DNA from: Escherichia coli
GTDB lineage: Bacteria > Pseudomonadota > Gammaproteobacteria > Enterobacterales > Enterobacteriaceae
Direction: 5' to 3' (one strand)
Assembly: GCF_003991155.1 (NCBI RefSeq)
Contig: NZ_CP031293.1
Length of the DNA stretch: 64,000 nt
Shown here: positions 27,888-44,099 of the stretch, piece by piece
Position numbering within the stretch: the stretch's first letter is position 1
How the letters are laid out: each line of letters begins with the position of its first letter
Notes under the pieces: model-generated
What the model saw: only the letters and a program-made list of their open reading frames with translations
What the model was told of the DNA's origin: nothing
The model's database searches: none
Program-made: the position numbers and the translations under genes

Positions 27888-29150
27888 TTAAAACTCTTTT
27901 CGCAGCCAACTATTGAGTCGCTTGATCCACGAGCCAACTGATGCTGTAACACGTTTTTCTACTTCAGCTTCACCGTTAAGATGTGACTCTTTCCCATAGT
28001 GAAGCAATCCCACCGCCGTCGAATAATACGGCTCCTGAGCATAATCCGTTAAACCGGTAATGTTCAGCGGCGCGCCGATACGCACTTGCGTATGAAACAC
28101 GCGCTGAGCACAGGCTGCAAGACCTTCGATCTGCGCTGCGCCACCGGTTAATACAATGCCTGCCGCCAGGTGATGTTTAACCCCTTGTTGGCGAAGCTTT
28201 TCCTGCAACTGCAATATCTCTTCGTTGACCAGATTGAGCAGCTCGGTATAGCGCGGCTCGATCACCTCTGCCAGGGTCTGACGTTGCAGACTCCGCGGCG
28301 GACGGCCGCCTACGCTCGGCACTTCCACGCTCTCATCTTTTCCAACGATGGAGCCCAGCGCACAACCGTGGCGAACTTTAATCGCTTCGGCGTCACTTGG
28401 CGGTGTGCCAAAGGCGTAAGCGATATCACTGGTCACGACATTGCCAGCATAAGGAATTACCTTCGTGTGGCGCAATGCCCCACCGGTATAAACGGCGATA
28501 TCCATTGTACCACCACCGATATCGACAACGCAGACACCCAGTTCACGTTCATCTTCCGTCAATACCGAATAACTTGATGCCAGTCCGGCAAATATCAGTT
28601 GGTCAACTTTCAGCCCACAACGTTCAACCGCTTTGACGATGTTTTTCGCCATATCGTTGTGACATGTGATCAGGTGCACTTTTGCCTGCATCCGCACGCC
28701 CGAAAGTCCTACCGGATTCTTGATCCCTTCCTGATAGTCAATCGCATACTCTTGCGGGATCACATGCAGCACACGATGCTCATCGCGCACACGCACCGAT
28801 TTCGCGGTATGGACGACGTTTTCCACATCTTCTTGCGTCACTTCTTCTTCAGAAATAGGCACCATACCAATTTCATTCTGGCAGCTGATGTGCTTACCAG
28901 AAAGCGCCAGATATACCGAAGAGATCTGACAATCTGCCATCAATTCTGCCTGGTCAATGGCGCGTTGTACGCACTTGACCACGGATTCGAGGTCGTTCAC
29001 CCCGCCTTTATCCATACCACGCGACGGGCAGCTGCCCACGCCAATGATATTGACCATACCGTCGGGCAGAACTTCCCCTACTAAAGCGGCAACCTTCGCG
29101 GTACCAATCTCCAGTCCTACTACCAGTTTTCTGTCCGTCGCCTTGATCAT
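27888..29150 (-). CDS. ftsA: cell division protein FtsA (actin-like ATPase)
   Basis: 420-aa [23 protein letters not shown]... Confidence 0.96.
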   Translation of the reverse strand: MIKATDRKLVVGLEIGTAKVAALVGEVLPDGMVNIIGVGSCPSRGMDKGGVNDLESVVKCVQRAIDQAELMADCQISSVYLALSGKHISCQNEIGMVPISEEEVTQEDVENVVHTAKSVRVRDEHRVLHVIPQEYAIDYQEGIKNPVGLSGVRMQAKVHLITCHNDMAKNIVKAVERCGLKVDQLIFAGLASSYSVLTEDERELGVCVVDIGGGTMDIAVYTGGALRHTKVIPYAGNVVTSDIAYAFGTPPSDAEAIKVRHGCALGSIVGKDESVEVPSVGGRPPRSLQRQTLAEVIEPRYTELLNLVNEEILQLQEKLRQQGVKHHLAAGIVLTGGAAQIEGLAACAQRVFHTQVRIGAPLNITGLTDYAQEPYYSTAVGLLHYGKESHLNGEAEVEKRVTASVGSWIKRLNSWLRKEF

Positions 29151-29977
29151 TGTTGTTCTGCCTGTGCCTGATTTTGTTGCTGAGTAGATTCCTCTGGCGG
29201 CAAGGGCGCCCAGCCTACTGCCGCTCCAGAGTCATAACGCAAATCAACGTAGCTAATCCGTTTGCCATCGGTTTGCGCCTGCTGCTGTAAAACCGGATAA
29301 AGTTCTACAAAGCGAGCCAAACGTTTCATCGTATCGCCCCGGCCAAGATTGAGCTTAATATCGTTATTCAGCGTCAACTGCCAGGAACGCCGCGCGGTCA
29401 TCGCCGCTTCCTTCAGAGTAAATCTGTCCTTTGCCAGCATCTGCCCCATTTCGCGATAGCCCTGCAACACTTCATTGGCGCTGCCTTCCGGGCCATACAG
29501 CATTGGAAGCACCTGCTTGCTGGTGCGATCTGGCGGCACGCTGAAAGTGTTTCCTTCCGCGTCTACCATATGTTGATCATTCCACCGCGCAATCGGCACA
29601 TATTCAACCAGATGAATCTTCAATTCATCAGGCCACTGCTTTCTGACGCTCACCTGCTTAATCCACGGCAGGCGTTGTTCTATTTGCGTCTGGATGATGT
29701 TGACATCCTGGGTCATAAAGGTACCTGGCTCACCCAATGCCAGGATCGACTGCCGGATATCGTCATTACGCGTGTAATGGCGTTCACCGGTCAACACCAG
29801 CTTTGAGAGCGGCAGGCGTTGCGCATCTTCCATCCAGCCCAACACGACCCAGCCGCTCACCAACACTGTCGTTAAAACGGTCAGCAGGAAAAGGATCCCC
29901 GCCAGACGCGTTCCATTATTGCGGCGAGAAGAAACCTCTTCTTCGCTGTTTCGCGTGTTCAGAGCAGCCTGCGACAT
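29147..29977 (-). CDS. ftsQ: cell division protein FtsQ
   Basis: 276-aa ORF, single TM segment, overlaps ftsA start. Confidence 0.95.
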   Translation of the reverse strand: MSQAALNTRNSEEEVSSRRNNGTRLAGILFLLTVLTTVLVSGWVVLGWMEDAQRLPLSKLVLTGERHYTRNDDIRQSILALGEPGTFMTQDVNIIQTQIEQRLPWIKQVSVRKQWPDELKIHLVEYVPIARWNDQHMVDAEGNTFSVPPDRTSKQVLPMLYGPEGSANEVLQGYREMGQMLAKDRFTLKEAAMTARRSWQLTLNNDIKLNLGRGDTMKRLARFVELYPVLQQQAQTDGKRISYVDLRYDSGAAVGWAPLPPEESTQQQNQAQAEQQ

Positions 29978-29978
29978 A

Positions 29979-32367
<2,389 letters not shown>

Positions 32368-32420
32368 TCTTTACGCCATTAACTTCTTAAATTCATACGA
32401 TGCAAAAGGCATCGCTACAA

Positions 32421-33488
32421 TTACGCCCGGGCAGCCCGGCTCACTTCATTTGCCACTCGCTCGGTGGCATCCGGAATGGATGCCGCCCGGGCGCGTTCTG
32501 CCATGGTTAATAAGGTTTCTCGCGACCACCCGGCCAGGGTGTTGGCGACAGCATCCACGCTAAGCTGTGACTGCTCGATAATTTTGGCTGCGCCCGCTTT
32601 TTCCAGCGGTAGCGCATTCCAGTATTGCTGACGGTCTTTATGTTGAAACGGCACAAACAACGCCGGAAGTCCTGCCGCGGCGATTTCACTCACCGTTAAC
32701 GCACCGGAGCGGCAAACAACGACATCCGCCCACGCATACGCCGCCGCCATATCATCAATAAATTCCGTCACTTTATGCTGCGGTTGTCCCGCTTCGGCAT
32801 ACGCCTGTTCAACGGATTGTTGCGAACCTTTGCCGCTCTGATGCCAGATAGTGACTGAATCACCCAGTTTTGCAGCAACCTGCGGCATTGTCTGATTAAG
32901 AATGCGTGCGCCCTGGGAACCACCCACTACCAACACACGAACCGGACCTTCACGTCCAGCCAAACGTTGCTGCGGCAACGGCAGCGCCAGCACATCGGTA
33001 CGCACCGGGTTACCCACCACTTCCGCATTAGGGAAAGCGCCTGGAAACGCCTGCATCACTTTGGTAGCAATCTTCGCCAGCCATTTATTGGTTAAGCCCG
33101 CAATACCGTTTTGTTCATGAAGTACAACCGGAATGCCTAACGACCACGCAGCCAGACCACCTGGACCTGATACATAGCCGCCCATACCGAGCACCACGTC
33201 AGGTTTGTACGCTTTCATAATCGCCCGCGCCTGACGCCAGGCGTTGAAGATACGCAGCGGCGCAGCTATCAGTGCTTTTATACCTTTTCCACGCAGACCA
33301 GAGATACGAATGAAATCAATTTCGATGCCATGTTTTGGCACTAAGTCCGCTTCCATACGGTCGGCAGTCCCCAGCCAGCGAACTTGCCAACCCTGAGCCA
33401 TTAGATGGTGCGCAACCGCCAGTCCCGGGAATACATGTCCACCGGTTCCGCCTGCCATCACCATTAATCGCTTTCCTTGACCACTCAT
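32421..33488 (-). CDS. murG: UDP-GlcNAc:undecaprenyl-PP-MurNAc-pentapeptide GlcNAc transferase
   Basis: 355-aa [29 protein letters not shown]... Confidence 0.96.
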
Positions 33489-34729
33489 CGTGAACCTCGT
33501 ACAAACGCCTGCGCTTTCTCCAGACGCGTTTCATAATCAATACGCAACAGCATCATGATGGCTGTCGACATAATCAGTAAGCTCGAACCACCGTAACTGA
33601 TCAGCGGCAATGTCAGACCTTTGGTCGGTAACATCCCCGCCGCCGCGCCTACGTTAACCAGCGCCTGGAAACTAAACCAGATACCAATAGAACAGGCGAG
33701 AAAACCGGAAAAACGGTGGTCAATTTCTAATGCTTTGCGGCCAATCGACATCGCGCGAAAAGCGACGAAGAATACCATTAAAAGTGCCAGCACCACACCG
33801 ACATACCCCAGTTCTTCGCCGATAATGGCGAAAATAAAGTCAGTGTGCGCTTCCGGCAGATACTCCAGTTTTTGTACCGAGTTACCTAAACCTTGTCCCC
33901 ACAGTTCACCGCGACCAAACGCCATCAACGATTGCGTTAACTGATAGCCGCTGCCAAAGGGATCTTCCCACGGATTCCAGAATGCGGTAACACGGCGGAT
34001 ACGGTACGGTTCGGCGAGGATCAGCAACACAACAGCTGAAATGCCCATACCGATAATGGCAATGAACTGCCACAATTTCGCTCCCGCCAGGAACAACATC
34101 GCCAGCGTAGTCACAAACAACACCACCACCGTACCAAGGTCTGGCTGTGCCAGCAGTAGCACTGCCAACACCAGAATTACGCCCATCGGTTTCAGAAAGC
34201 CGCGCAGGTTATTACGTACTTCGTCGCCTTTACGCACCAGATAGTTGGCGATATAGCAAAACAACGACAGTTTTGTCAGCTCCGCAGGCTGGATACGCAG
34301 CAAGCCGAGATCGATCCAACGCGATGCCCCTTTAACCGAGCTACCCACTACCAGAACGATCATCAGCAGGATGATAGATCCGAGCAGCATCGTGGCACTG
34401 TAGCGTTGCCAGAACTCCATCGGCAGACGCAGCGTAATGATCGCCAGAATGAATGCCAGGATCAGATAGACGCCATCACGCTTCGCGAAGAAGAACGGAT
34501 CGTTGGTTAAGCGTTGCCCTATGGGCATTGACGCCGAGGTCACCATGATAAAGCCAATCGCCGCGAGGCCGAAGGTCAGCCACAGTAAGGTGCGATCGTA
34601 CATGATCAGGCTGTCGGTATCTTTTTCCCGCGAGCCCATCACCCAGCCCTTTAGCGCCGTGGAGATCCAGACCAGAATACTGAATCCTGGCAGGCGCGGC
34701 ATTTTCAGGCGAGGGAGAGATAAACGCAT
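33485..34729 (-). CDS. ftsW: peptidoglycan glycosyltransferase / lipid II flippase-family FtsW (SEDS)
   Basis: 414 aa from [16 protein letters not shown]...; the track ORF has one extra upstream Met (ends 34732). Confidence 0.93.
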
Positions 34730-36045
34730 CAACCTAACTCCTTCGCCAGACGGGCAAACTCATTGCCTCGTTGTTCAAAGTTCTTGAACTGATCAAGGCT
34801 GGCACAGGCCGGGGAGAGCAGAACCATATCGCCCGGCTGAACACGCGGAGCCAGCAAGCGCATCGCCTGTTCCATGGTTTCGGTTTGTTCTGCCACTTCC
34901 GGGCGTAGCGCCGCCAGCTGCGCGCCGTCCCGACCGAAACAATACAGACGTACGTTATCGCCATTCAGGTAACGCGCCAGTGGGCTAAAATCTGCCGATT
35001 TACCATCGCCGCCCAGCAACAAATGCAGCGTGCCGTCTACGTGCAGGCCATTCAGTGCCGCTTCCGTACTGCCGACGTTGGTCGCTTTTGAATCGTTAAT
35101 CCAGCGCACACCGTTATGCTCCAGCACAACTTCAAAGCGATGCGGCAGACCAGTGAATGTGGTTAACGCTTTCAGGCTGCTGGCGCGCGGCAAACCAGCG
35201 GCATCTGCCAGTGCCAGAGCTGCCAGTGCATTGGTGTAGTTATGCTGCCCGGAAAGTTTCATTTCTTTCACGTTCAGCACTTTCTCGCCCTTCACCCGCA
35301 GCCAGGTTTCACCCTGCTGATGATTCAGGTGATAGTCACCCATGTTGACGCCAAAGCTGACGCAGCGTTCATCCGCACCGCGAATCGGCATTGTTAAGGC
35401 ATCATCAGCATTAACCACGCAAATTTTTGCGTTTTCGTAAATGCGCAGTTTTGCTGCACGATACTGTTGTAAACCAAACGGATAGCGATCCATATGATCT
35501 TCAGTTACGTTCAGAATGGTCGCTGCTACCGCCTGTAAACTGGAGGTGGTTTCAAGCTGGAAGCTCGACAGCTCCAGCACGTACAGTTCGCACTCATCAT
35601 CCAGCAGCATCAACGCAGGCAGGCCAATATTGCCACCCACACCAACGTTAACCCCCGCCGCTTTCGCCATTTCACCCACTAGCGTGGTGACCGTGCTTTT
35701 GCCGTTAGAACCGGTGATCGCCACAATCGGTGCTTGTGCTTCACGACAGAACAGCTCGATATCGCCAACGATTTCGATTCCGGCATCAGCGGCAGCGCTT
35801 AAGGATGGATGCGCCAGTGCAATACCGGGACTGGCGACAATCAGATCGGCCGCCATCAGCCATTCATCATTCAGACCGCCCGTGTGGCGTTCTACAGCTT
35901 CGGGTAATTTATCCAGGCCAGGCGGTGTCATACGCGTATCCATAACGCGCGGCGTCACACCGCGAGCGAGGAAAAAGTCCACGCAAGAAAGCCCGGTGAG
36001 GCCCAGGCCGATAATGACGACATTTTTACCCTGGTAATCAGCCAT
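34729..36045 (-). CDS. murD: UDP-N-acetylmuramoylalanine--D-glutamate ligase
   Basis: 438-aa [24 protein letters not shown]... Confidence 0.96.
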
Positions 36046-36047
36046 GA

Positions 36048-37130
36048 TTAACGTACCTTCAGCGTTGCCAGACCAATCAGGACCAGCATCAGCGAAATAA
36101 TCCAGAAACGTACAATGACGCGCGGTTCCGGCCAGCCTTTCAGTTCATAGTGGTGATGAATCGGTGCCATGCGGAAAATACGTTGTCCGCGCAGTTTAAA
36201 GGAGCCGACCTGCAGGATGACGGAAAGTGTTTCTACCACGAACACGCCCCCCATAATCACCAGCAGGAATTCCTGACGCAGCAGTACGGCGATAATACCT
36301 AACGCACCACCTAACGCCAGCGAACCGACATCGCCCATAAAGACCTGCGCCGGATAGGTGTTAAACCACAGGAAGCCCAGCCCTGCCCCGACTATCGCGG
36401 TACAGACAATGACCAGTTCCCCGGCGTGTCGTAGATACGGTATGTGTAAATAGCTGGCAAAGTTCATGTTGCCGGTCGCCCACGCCACCAGCGCAAAACC
36501 ACCGGCGACAAATACGGTCGGCATAATTGCCAGACCGTCAAGACCATCAGTCAGGTTTACCGCGTTGCCTGTACCCACAATGACGAAGTAAGCCAGCAGA
36601 ATGTAGAACAGCCCCAGTTGCGGCATCACATCTTTAAAGAACGGAACCACCAGCTGCGTTGCGGGCGTGTCTTTGCCGGCAAGGTACAGCGCGAAGGCAA
36701 CACCCAGCGCAATGACCGACATCCAGAAATACTTCCAACGAGCGATCAACCCTTTGGTGTCTTTACGCACCACTTTGCGATAGTCATCAACAAAGCCAAT
36801 GATGCCGTAGCCTACCAGCACCACCAGTACGCACCAGACGTACGGATTGGATGGATAAGCCCACAGCAGTACGGAGATCACAATCGCTGTCAGGATCATA
36901 ATCCCGCCCATGGTCGGCGTACCGCGCTTGCTGAAGTGTGATTCAGGACCGTCGTTACGCACCACCTGACCAAAGGAAAGTTTTTGCAAATGAGCAATCA
37001 TGCGCGGGCCCATCCACAATGAGATGAACAGCGCAGTCAGCAGGCTGACGATGGCGCGAAACGTCAGATAGGAAAAGACGTTAAAGCCGGAATAATATTT
37101 GACCAAATGTTCGGCCAGCCAAACTAACAT
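36048..37130 (-). CDS. mraY: phospho-N-acetylmuramoyl-pentapeptide transferase
   Basis: 360-aa multi-[24 protein letters not shown]... Confidence 0.96.
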
Positions 37131-38482
37131 GTCCCATTCTCCTGTAAAGCGCGTACTACCTCTTCCATGGCAGCACTACGTGAACCCTTAACTAAAATCG
37201 TAATTACCTGTTGCTCAGCAATCAGTGATTTAAGACGCGCGATAAGCGCAGTTTTATCGGAAAAATGTTCGCCAACGCCGCTGGCGGTGCTGATAGCATG
37301 GCTTTGTTTGCCCACGCTTAACACGCGGTCAATACCAGCTGCTTTTGCCGCTTCGCCCACCTGTATATGGCAGGCTTCGCTTTCAGCGCCCAGTTCCGCC
37401 ATATCGCCCACCACCAGCACGCGGTAGCCCGGCATTTCAGCCAGTACCTGGACTGCTGCAGTCATTGAACCAACATTGGCGTTGTAGGAGTCGTCGAGCA
37501 GCAACTGGTTTTCTACCAGTTGAATGGGGAACAGACGGCCTGGAACAGCTTTCAGATTTGCCAGCCCCGCTTTGATAGCATCAAGCGTTGCGCCCACGGC
37601 CATGGAGAGCGCAGCGGCTGCCAGCGCATTCGCAATATTGTGACGCCCCGGCAACGGCAGCAGAACATCGACGCTACCTGTTGGGGTTTGCAGCGTAAAT
37701 TCCGTACCGTGCGAAGTCACATGGATATTGGTGGCGGTGAAATCGCTGTTGGCGGCATTGGGTGAGAAACGCCACACTTTGCGTGAGCCAATTACGCTCT
37801 GCCAGTTCAGCCAGTCGTTGTTGTCAGCGTTCATGATGGCGATACCGTTTTCCGGCAGGCCGCTAAATATTTCACCTTTCGCTTTCGCGACACCCGCAAG
37901 CGAGCCAAAACCTTCCAGATGTGCCGCTGCCAGGTTGTTGACCAGCGCCGCTTCCGGGCGAGTCAGACTCACAGTCCAGGCAATTTCACCCTGATGGTTC
38001 GCGCCAAGTTCAATAACTGCGTAATCGTATTCCGGCGTTAAGCGCAACAGCGTCATCGGTACACCGATGTCGTTATTGAGATTGCCTGCCGTATAAAGTG
38101 TGTTGCCGCACTGGTTTAAAATTGCCGCCGTCATCTCTTTAACGGATGTTTTGCCGGAGGAACCTGTCAGAGCAACCACGCGCGCCGGAACTTGCTGGCG
38201 AACCCATGCAGCCAGTTCACCAAACGCCAAACGCGTATCCTTGACGATTAACTGCGGCAGATCGATATCCAGCGGACGGCTAACCAGTAGTGCGCCTGCG
38301 CCGCCAGCTTTCGCCTGGTCGGCAAAATCATGAGCATCGAAACGTTCGCCTTTCAGGGCAACAAACAGGCAGCCCGGCGTCAGTTTTCGCGTGTCAGTGG
38401 TTACAGCATCAAGGGTAATATCTGCACCTTGCAGTTCACCGTTGAGAATATCGGTAAGTTGGCTAAGGGTTACGCTAATCAT
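37124..38482 (-). CDS. murF: UDP-MurNAc-tripeptide--D-alanyl-D-alanine ligase
   Basis: 452-aa ORF with GSSGKTS P-loop. Confidence 0.96.
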
Positions 38483-39966
38483 GCAATCACCCCCAGCAGA
38501 CGCGCCACCGTGACGCGATCGGAGTAGTCCAGACGCTGATTGCCAACAATCTGGTAATCCTCATGACCTTTGCCCGCGACCAGTACCACATCATTCTCTT
38601 TAGCCTGCATAACAGCGCAAGTCACCGCTTCAGCACGGCCTTCCATCACTTTGGCATGTCCGGCATCTAACATTCCCGCCAGAATATCGTTGATGATGGC
38701 ACGCGGTTCTTCGGTACGCGGGTTATCGTCCGTTACCACCGCCACGTCAGCGAACTCTTCAGCAATTGCGCCCATCAGTGGACGTTTGCCTTTATCACGA
38801 TCGCCACCACAGCCAAAGACGCACCACAGCTTGCCCGCACAGTGCAGGCGCGCCGCCTGTAAGGCTTTTTCCAGTGCATCTGGCGTATGCGCGTAATCCA
38901 CCACCACCGTCGGTTTGCCTGGTGCAGTGAACACTTCCATACGTCCGCAAACCGGTTGCAGACGCGCGGCGGTTTTCAGCAGCTCAGCCAGTGGATAGCC
39001 GAGTGCCAGCAGTGTCGCCAGCGCCAGCAGCAGGTTGCTGACGTTAAAAGCGCCCATCAGATGGCTTTCAATTTCCCCATCGCCCCAGCTTGAGCTAAAG
39101 CGAATAGTCGCACCGCTGTCGTGATAGTTCACTTCAGTCGCTTTCAACCAGCGTCCGTGACAGTTCGGATTGATATGATCTTCCATTGACACCGCAACCG
39201 CGTCTGGCAGTTTTGCCAGCCAGCGGCGACCCACTTCATCGTCGGCGTTAACAATCGCCTGACCGCAATGATGTGCAGAATAAAGCAGCCATTTCGCCGC
39301 TTCGTAGTGTTCCATATCACCATGGTAATCAAGGTGATCGCGGCTTAAGTTGGTAAAGACCGATGCCGCAAATTTCAATGCCGCCACACGGTGCTGTACC
39401 AGCCCGTGGGAGGAAACTTCCATTGCGCAAAAAGTCGCGCCCTGATCCACCAGCCCCGCCAGCTCATGCTGAACATCGACTGCCGAACCGGTGGTATTTT
39501 CTGTCGGGATCACTTTCCCCAGCAGGCCGTTACCAACGGTGCCCATTACCGCGCTGGTTTCGCCAAGCAGTTGGCTCCACTGTGCCAGCAGCTGGGTCGT
39601 CGTGGTTTTGCCGTTGGTGCCCGTTACGCCTACAAGACGTAAATTGTCAGAGGGTTCATGGTAAAAGCGGCCCGCCAGTGCAGATAAACGCTCGTTGAGC
39701 TGGCTGAGATAGATGACCGGTACGCCGTGCATTTCACGGATTTCACCGTCGGTCGCCTCATCTTTCGCCTCTGCAATAATGGCAGCCACACCTTGCGCTA
39801 TCGCCTGCGGGATATATCGACGCCCGTCCGCCTGATGACCTACTACAGCTACAAAGAGATCGCCCGCCGCAGCCACACGGCTGTCGAGTGTCATCTCTCG
39901 CAGTGCTCGCGAAGGTGCGTCTGGCACCCACGGAGCAAGAAGGTCGCGCAAATTACGATCTGCCAC
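38479..39966 (-). CDS. murE: UDP-MurNAc-L-Ala-D-Glu--2,6-diaminopimelate ligase
   Basis: 495-aa ORF with [10 protein letters not shown]-loop. Confidence 0.96.
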
Positions 39967-41719
39967 CTGTCCCCTCGCCTTGATTAATCACAAATTCATT
40001 TTTATCGCCCGTTGTCAGCGCATCCGGCTCGATGTTCATGGTACGCAATACGCCGCCCATGATGGCACCAAAGACCGGCGCGGAAACGGCGCCGCCGTAG
40101 TATTTACCCGCCTGCGGATCGTTGATAACAACAACCAGCGCGAAGCGCGGCTGACTCGCAGGCGCAACGCCTGCGGTATAAGCAATATATTTATTGATGT
40201 AGCGACCGTCCGGCCCGACCTTTTTCGCGGTACCGGTTTTAATGGCGATACGATAGCCTTTAATCGCCGCCTTCACGCCGCCGCCGCCCGGTAGCGCCAC
40301 GCTTTCCATCATATGCACCACGGTGCGAACAATGGATTCCGGGAAGACACGTTCACCGGGAACCGGGGGGTCAACTTTGGTAATCGACAGTGGGCGATAA
40401 ATGCCGTAGCTGCCGATAGTTGCGTAGACTCGCGCTAACTGTAACGGTGTTACCATTAGCCCGTAGCCGAAAGAGAAGGTGGCCCTCTCTATGTCAGACC
40501 ACCGTTGTTTTTGAGGATATAAGCCACTGCGTTCTCCGACCAACCCCAAATTGGTCGCTTTTCCCAGTCCAAAACGTGAGTAAGTATCTACTAACGCTGA
40601 GGACGGCATCGCTAACGCCAGCTTGGAAACACCGACGTTACTCGACTTCTGTAATACCCCGGTCAGGGTTAATTCGCTGTAGCGTGCCACGTCTTTGATT
40701 TCGTGGCCGTTAATTCGATAAGGAACGGTATTCAGTACCGAGTTTTCCCGCACTACGCCACGTTGCAACGCGGTCATCACCACCATCGGTTTAACCGTTG
40801 AACCCGGTTCAAACACGTCAGTGATGGTACGGTTACGCATCGCCTCTTTCGGCGTGCCACTCAGATTGTTTGGGTTGTATGACGGGCTGTTAGCCATCGC
40901 CAGCACTTCACCGGTGTTGACATCCACCAGCACGGCGCTACCAGATTCAGCTTTGTTAAAGGCCACCGCGTTGTTCAGTTCGCGATACACCAGCGCCTGC
41001 AGGCGTTCATCAATACTCAGCGCCAGGTTGTGCGCCGCCTGACTGTCGGTGGAAGAGATATCTTCAATTACGCGACCATAGCGGTCTTTACGCACAATGC
41101 GCTCACCCGGCTGCCCGGTAAGCCATTTATCGAAACTCTTCTCAACGCCCTCAATCCCCTGACTATCGACGTTAGTAAAGCCGATGAGGTGAGCGGTCAC
41201 TTCGCCGGATGGATAATAACGGCGAGATTCTTCACGCAGATGAATCCCCGGCAGTTTCAGTTTTTTGATGTACTCTGCCATGTCAGGGTTTACCTGACGC
41301 GCCAGATAAATAAAGCGCCCTTTCGGGTTGGCGTTAATGCGGGCTGAAAGCTGATCCAGCGGAATATTGAGTGCGTTAGCCAGCGCCTTCCAGCGATCAC
41401 CGACGCTGATACCGCCAGCGTCATGCACTTCTTTCGGGTCAGCCCAAATCGCTTTAACCGGCACGCTCACCGCTAACGGGCGACCAGAACGGTCAGTAAT
41501 CATGCCGCGGGAGGTGGAAACTTGCTGAACGCGAAGAGAACGCATGTCGCCCTCTTTTACCAGCATATCCGGGGAGATAACTTGTAACCACGCTACGCGT
41601 CCGAGCAGAAAAGCCAGCGCCAGGAGAATACAGCCGCATAACAACGCAAAACGCCAACTGATAAAGTTGGCATGTTCTTCCTGACGTTTTGGTTTCTGCG
41701 TTTTCGCCGCTGCTTTCAT
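39953..41719 (-). CDS. ftsI: peptidoglycan D,D-transpeptidase FtsI (PBP3)
   Basis: 588-aa ORF with STVK, SSN and KTG penicillin-binding motifs. Confidence 0.96.
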
Positions 41720-41734
41720 GCGTCGCGTTTATCC

Positions 41735-42100
41735 TTATTTTTGCACTACGATATTTTCTTGTGACGGATCAACATGCTGCATTTGCAGCTTTTCCGTGGC
41801 TATCCTTTCCACCCGGCTATGGTCGCCGAGCGCATTCTCTTCAAGGATCAGGTTGCGCCATTCAATGTCTAAAGCATCTCGCTCCAGCACCAGTTGTTCG
41901 CGCTGAGCGGTCAGTAAACGGGTATGGTGCGCCGTGGTTACCACGGTCACCGCCGTCAAAATAATGCAAATGAACAGGCAGAGTGGCAGCTTCCCAAATC
42001 GCAAAAGATCGTCACCGATAACACCAGGCAATGCATGGCGCTCGTGGCTTCCCATCGATCCTTTAACTTTGCTTAGAGCTTCTGTCACTCTGCTGATCAT
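41735..42100 (-). CDS. ftsL: cell division protein FtsL
   Basis: 121-aa ORF, single TM, leucine-zipper-like region. Confidence 0.94.
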
Positions 42101-43038
42101 GCGTTCGTCCTCTCTGCAATACGCAGAACTGAACTACGGGCACGAGGGTTCTCAGCCACCTCTTCTTCGCCCGGCATTAACTTGCCTAGTGCTCGCAGCT
42201 GACGGCCACCCAGTTTTTTGAGCTGCTCTTCAGTCATCGGTAACCCTGCCGGAACTTGCGGACCGCGGCTGTTTTCACGCATAAAACGTTTCACAATACG
42301 GTCTTCCAGCGAGTGGAAGCTGATGATCGAAAGCCGCCCACCCGGGGCCAGCACGTTGAGCGAGCTTTTTAGCGCCTGCTCTATCTCCTCCAGTTCACTG
42401 TTTACCCAAATGCGCACCGCCTGGAAGGTCCGGGTCGCGGGATGTTTAAACTTATCTTTCACCGGCGTTGCAGCAGCCACGACTTCCGCCAGTTCTTTGG
42501 TGCGGGTCATCGGCTGTTCGCGGTTATGCTCGACAATTGCGCGGGCAATGCGTTTGGCAAAACGCTCTTCACCATAGGTTTTCAATACCCAGGCGATATC
42601 GGCTTCTTCTGCGGTTTGTAGCCATTCAGCGGCTGACTGCCCACGGGTTGGGTCCATACGCATGTCCAGCGGACCATCGCGCATAAAGGAAAAGCCGCGT
42701 TCAGCATCATCAAGTTGCGGTGAAGAGACGCCAAGATCGAGGAGAATGCCATCGATCTTGCCGATAAGATCGCGCTCGGCAACGTATTCGCCCAGCGCGG
42801 AGAAAGGTCCGTGGATGATGGAGAAGCGCGGATCATCAATAGTCTTCGCAACGGCGATAGCCTGCGGGTCGCGATCGATCGCCAACAAACGCCCCTCTTC
42901 GCCAAGCTGCGAGAGGATCAGACGTGAGTGACCACCGCGACCAAAAGTCCCATCAATGTAGATGCCATCAGGACGGATATTGAGGCCATTAACGGCTTCA
43001 TCCAGCAGCACCGTAGTATGTTTATAGTTTTCCATCAT
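42097..43038 (-). CDS. rsmH: 16S rRNA m4C1402 methyltransferase RsmH (MraW)
   Basis: Start at [19 protein letters not shown] (313 aa); the track ORF extends 43 codons upstream. Confidence 0.93.
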
Positions 43039-43039
43039 T

Positions 43040-43498
43040 TTATAGAGACAAGTCCTGCAGTCGCTCCGATAAGTCTCCGGTAGCCAACTGCTCTGCGTCG
43101 ATATCTTCCTTGACCTGTTGATGCCAGGTTGTTTCATCCCACAGCTCAAACTTGTTGAACTGTCCAACCAGCATCACTTCTTTTGTCAGCCCGGCATGTT
43201 GCCGCAGTACTGGCGCGATTAACAATCGACCTGCGCCATCCATCTGACATTCGCTGGCATGACCTAACAGTAGGCGCTGCACACGGCGCTCAACCGGGTT
43301 CATGCTCGACAGACGCGATAATTTTTGCTCGATAATTTCCCATTCAGGCAGGGGGTAAAGCAGCAGGCACGGGTGATGAATGTCAATGGTGCAAACCATT
43401 TGACCGGCAGCGTTCTCAAGCAGCTGTTCCCGATAACGGGTAGGCACTGATAAGCGCCCTTTGCTGTCGAGATTGACTAACGTTGCTCCCCGGAACAT
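43040..43498 (-). CDS. mraZ: transcriptional regulator MraZ
   Basis: Start at [19 protein letters not shown] (152 aa; ATG complement 43496-43498). Confidence 0.93.
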
Positions 43499-43512
43499 GC
43501 CAGCCTCACCCC

Positions 43513-43545
43513 TTATTCCCACTTTGCCCCACAATTTCCCACTGA
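43513..43545 (-). promoter_or_regulatory. three direct GTGGG repeats at 10-bp spacing upstream of mraZ (MraZ operator / Pmra region)
   Basis: Minus strand reads GTGGGaaattGTGGGgcaaaGTGGGaataa; matches the known MraZ-binding direct-repeat arrangement. Confidence 0.65.
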
Positions 43546-44099
43546 AAGGAGTTTACGGAGCGGAGGAAAAGCTTGTCAAGCCAGTCACAAGGCATACCGA
43601 GGTAAAAAACCCGATGTTTACGGCTAATATCAGCGTTGTTTATTTTACGTCCAACGTGCGAAGCAAATTAACGTTATGAATAGCTGTAAGAAAAAATCCC
43701 TCATCGTCATCACCGTTTTAAAATGACTCACTATTTTCCACAGCAAATATAAAGTGTCAGTTTGCGACGCGAGCGGCATTTTAGGACATATCTTCCCCGG
43801 TTAACAGTCCCTGTTGCGTCTGTGTGGCGCTTGATGCCAGCGGGTTTGCGCAAAAGCAAAGAAAAGTGTTTGTTAAATCGGCAATTCATCTCTGCATGTA
43901 ACAAAATAATGCAAAAACGCGCTATCGATATCACTTAATTATTGTGAATTTCAGCTGGTGAGGTAATTAACGGGCAGGTTTAAAAGCATTTATCAATAAT
44001 AGCCAGGAATAGTCTTATTTACTTTAAGGATATTGATGTCCATTCCCGTACTCAACGCGCCAGAGAGAAATTCACCTGGCGCGTATTTTTGTTCGCGGC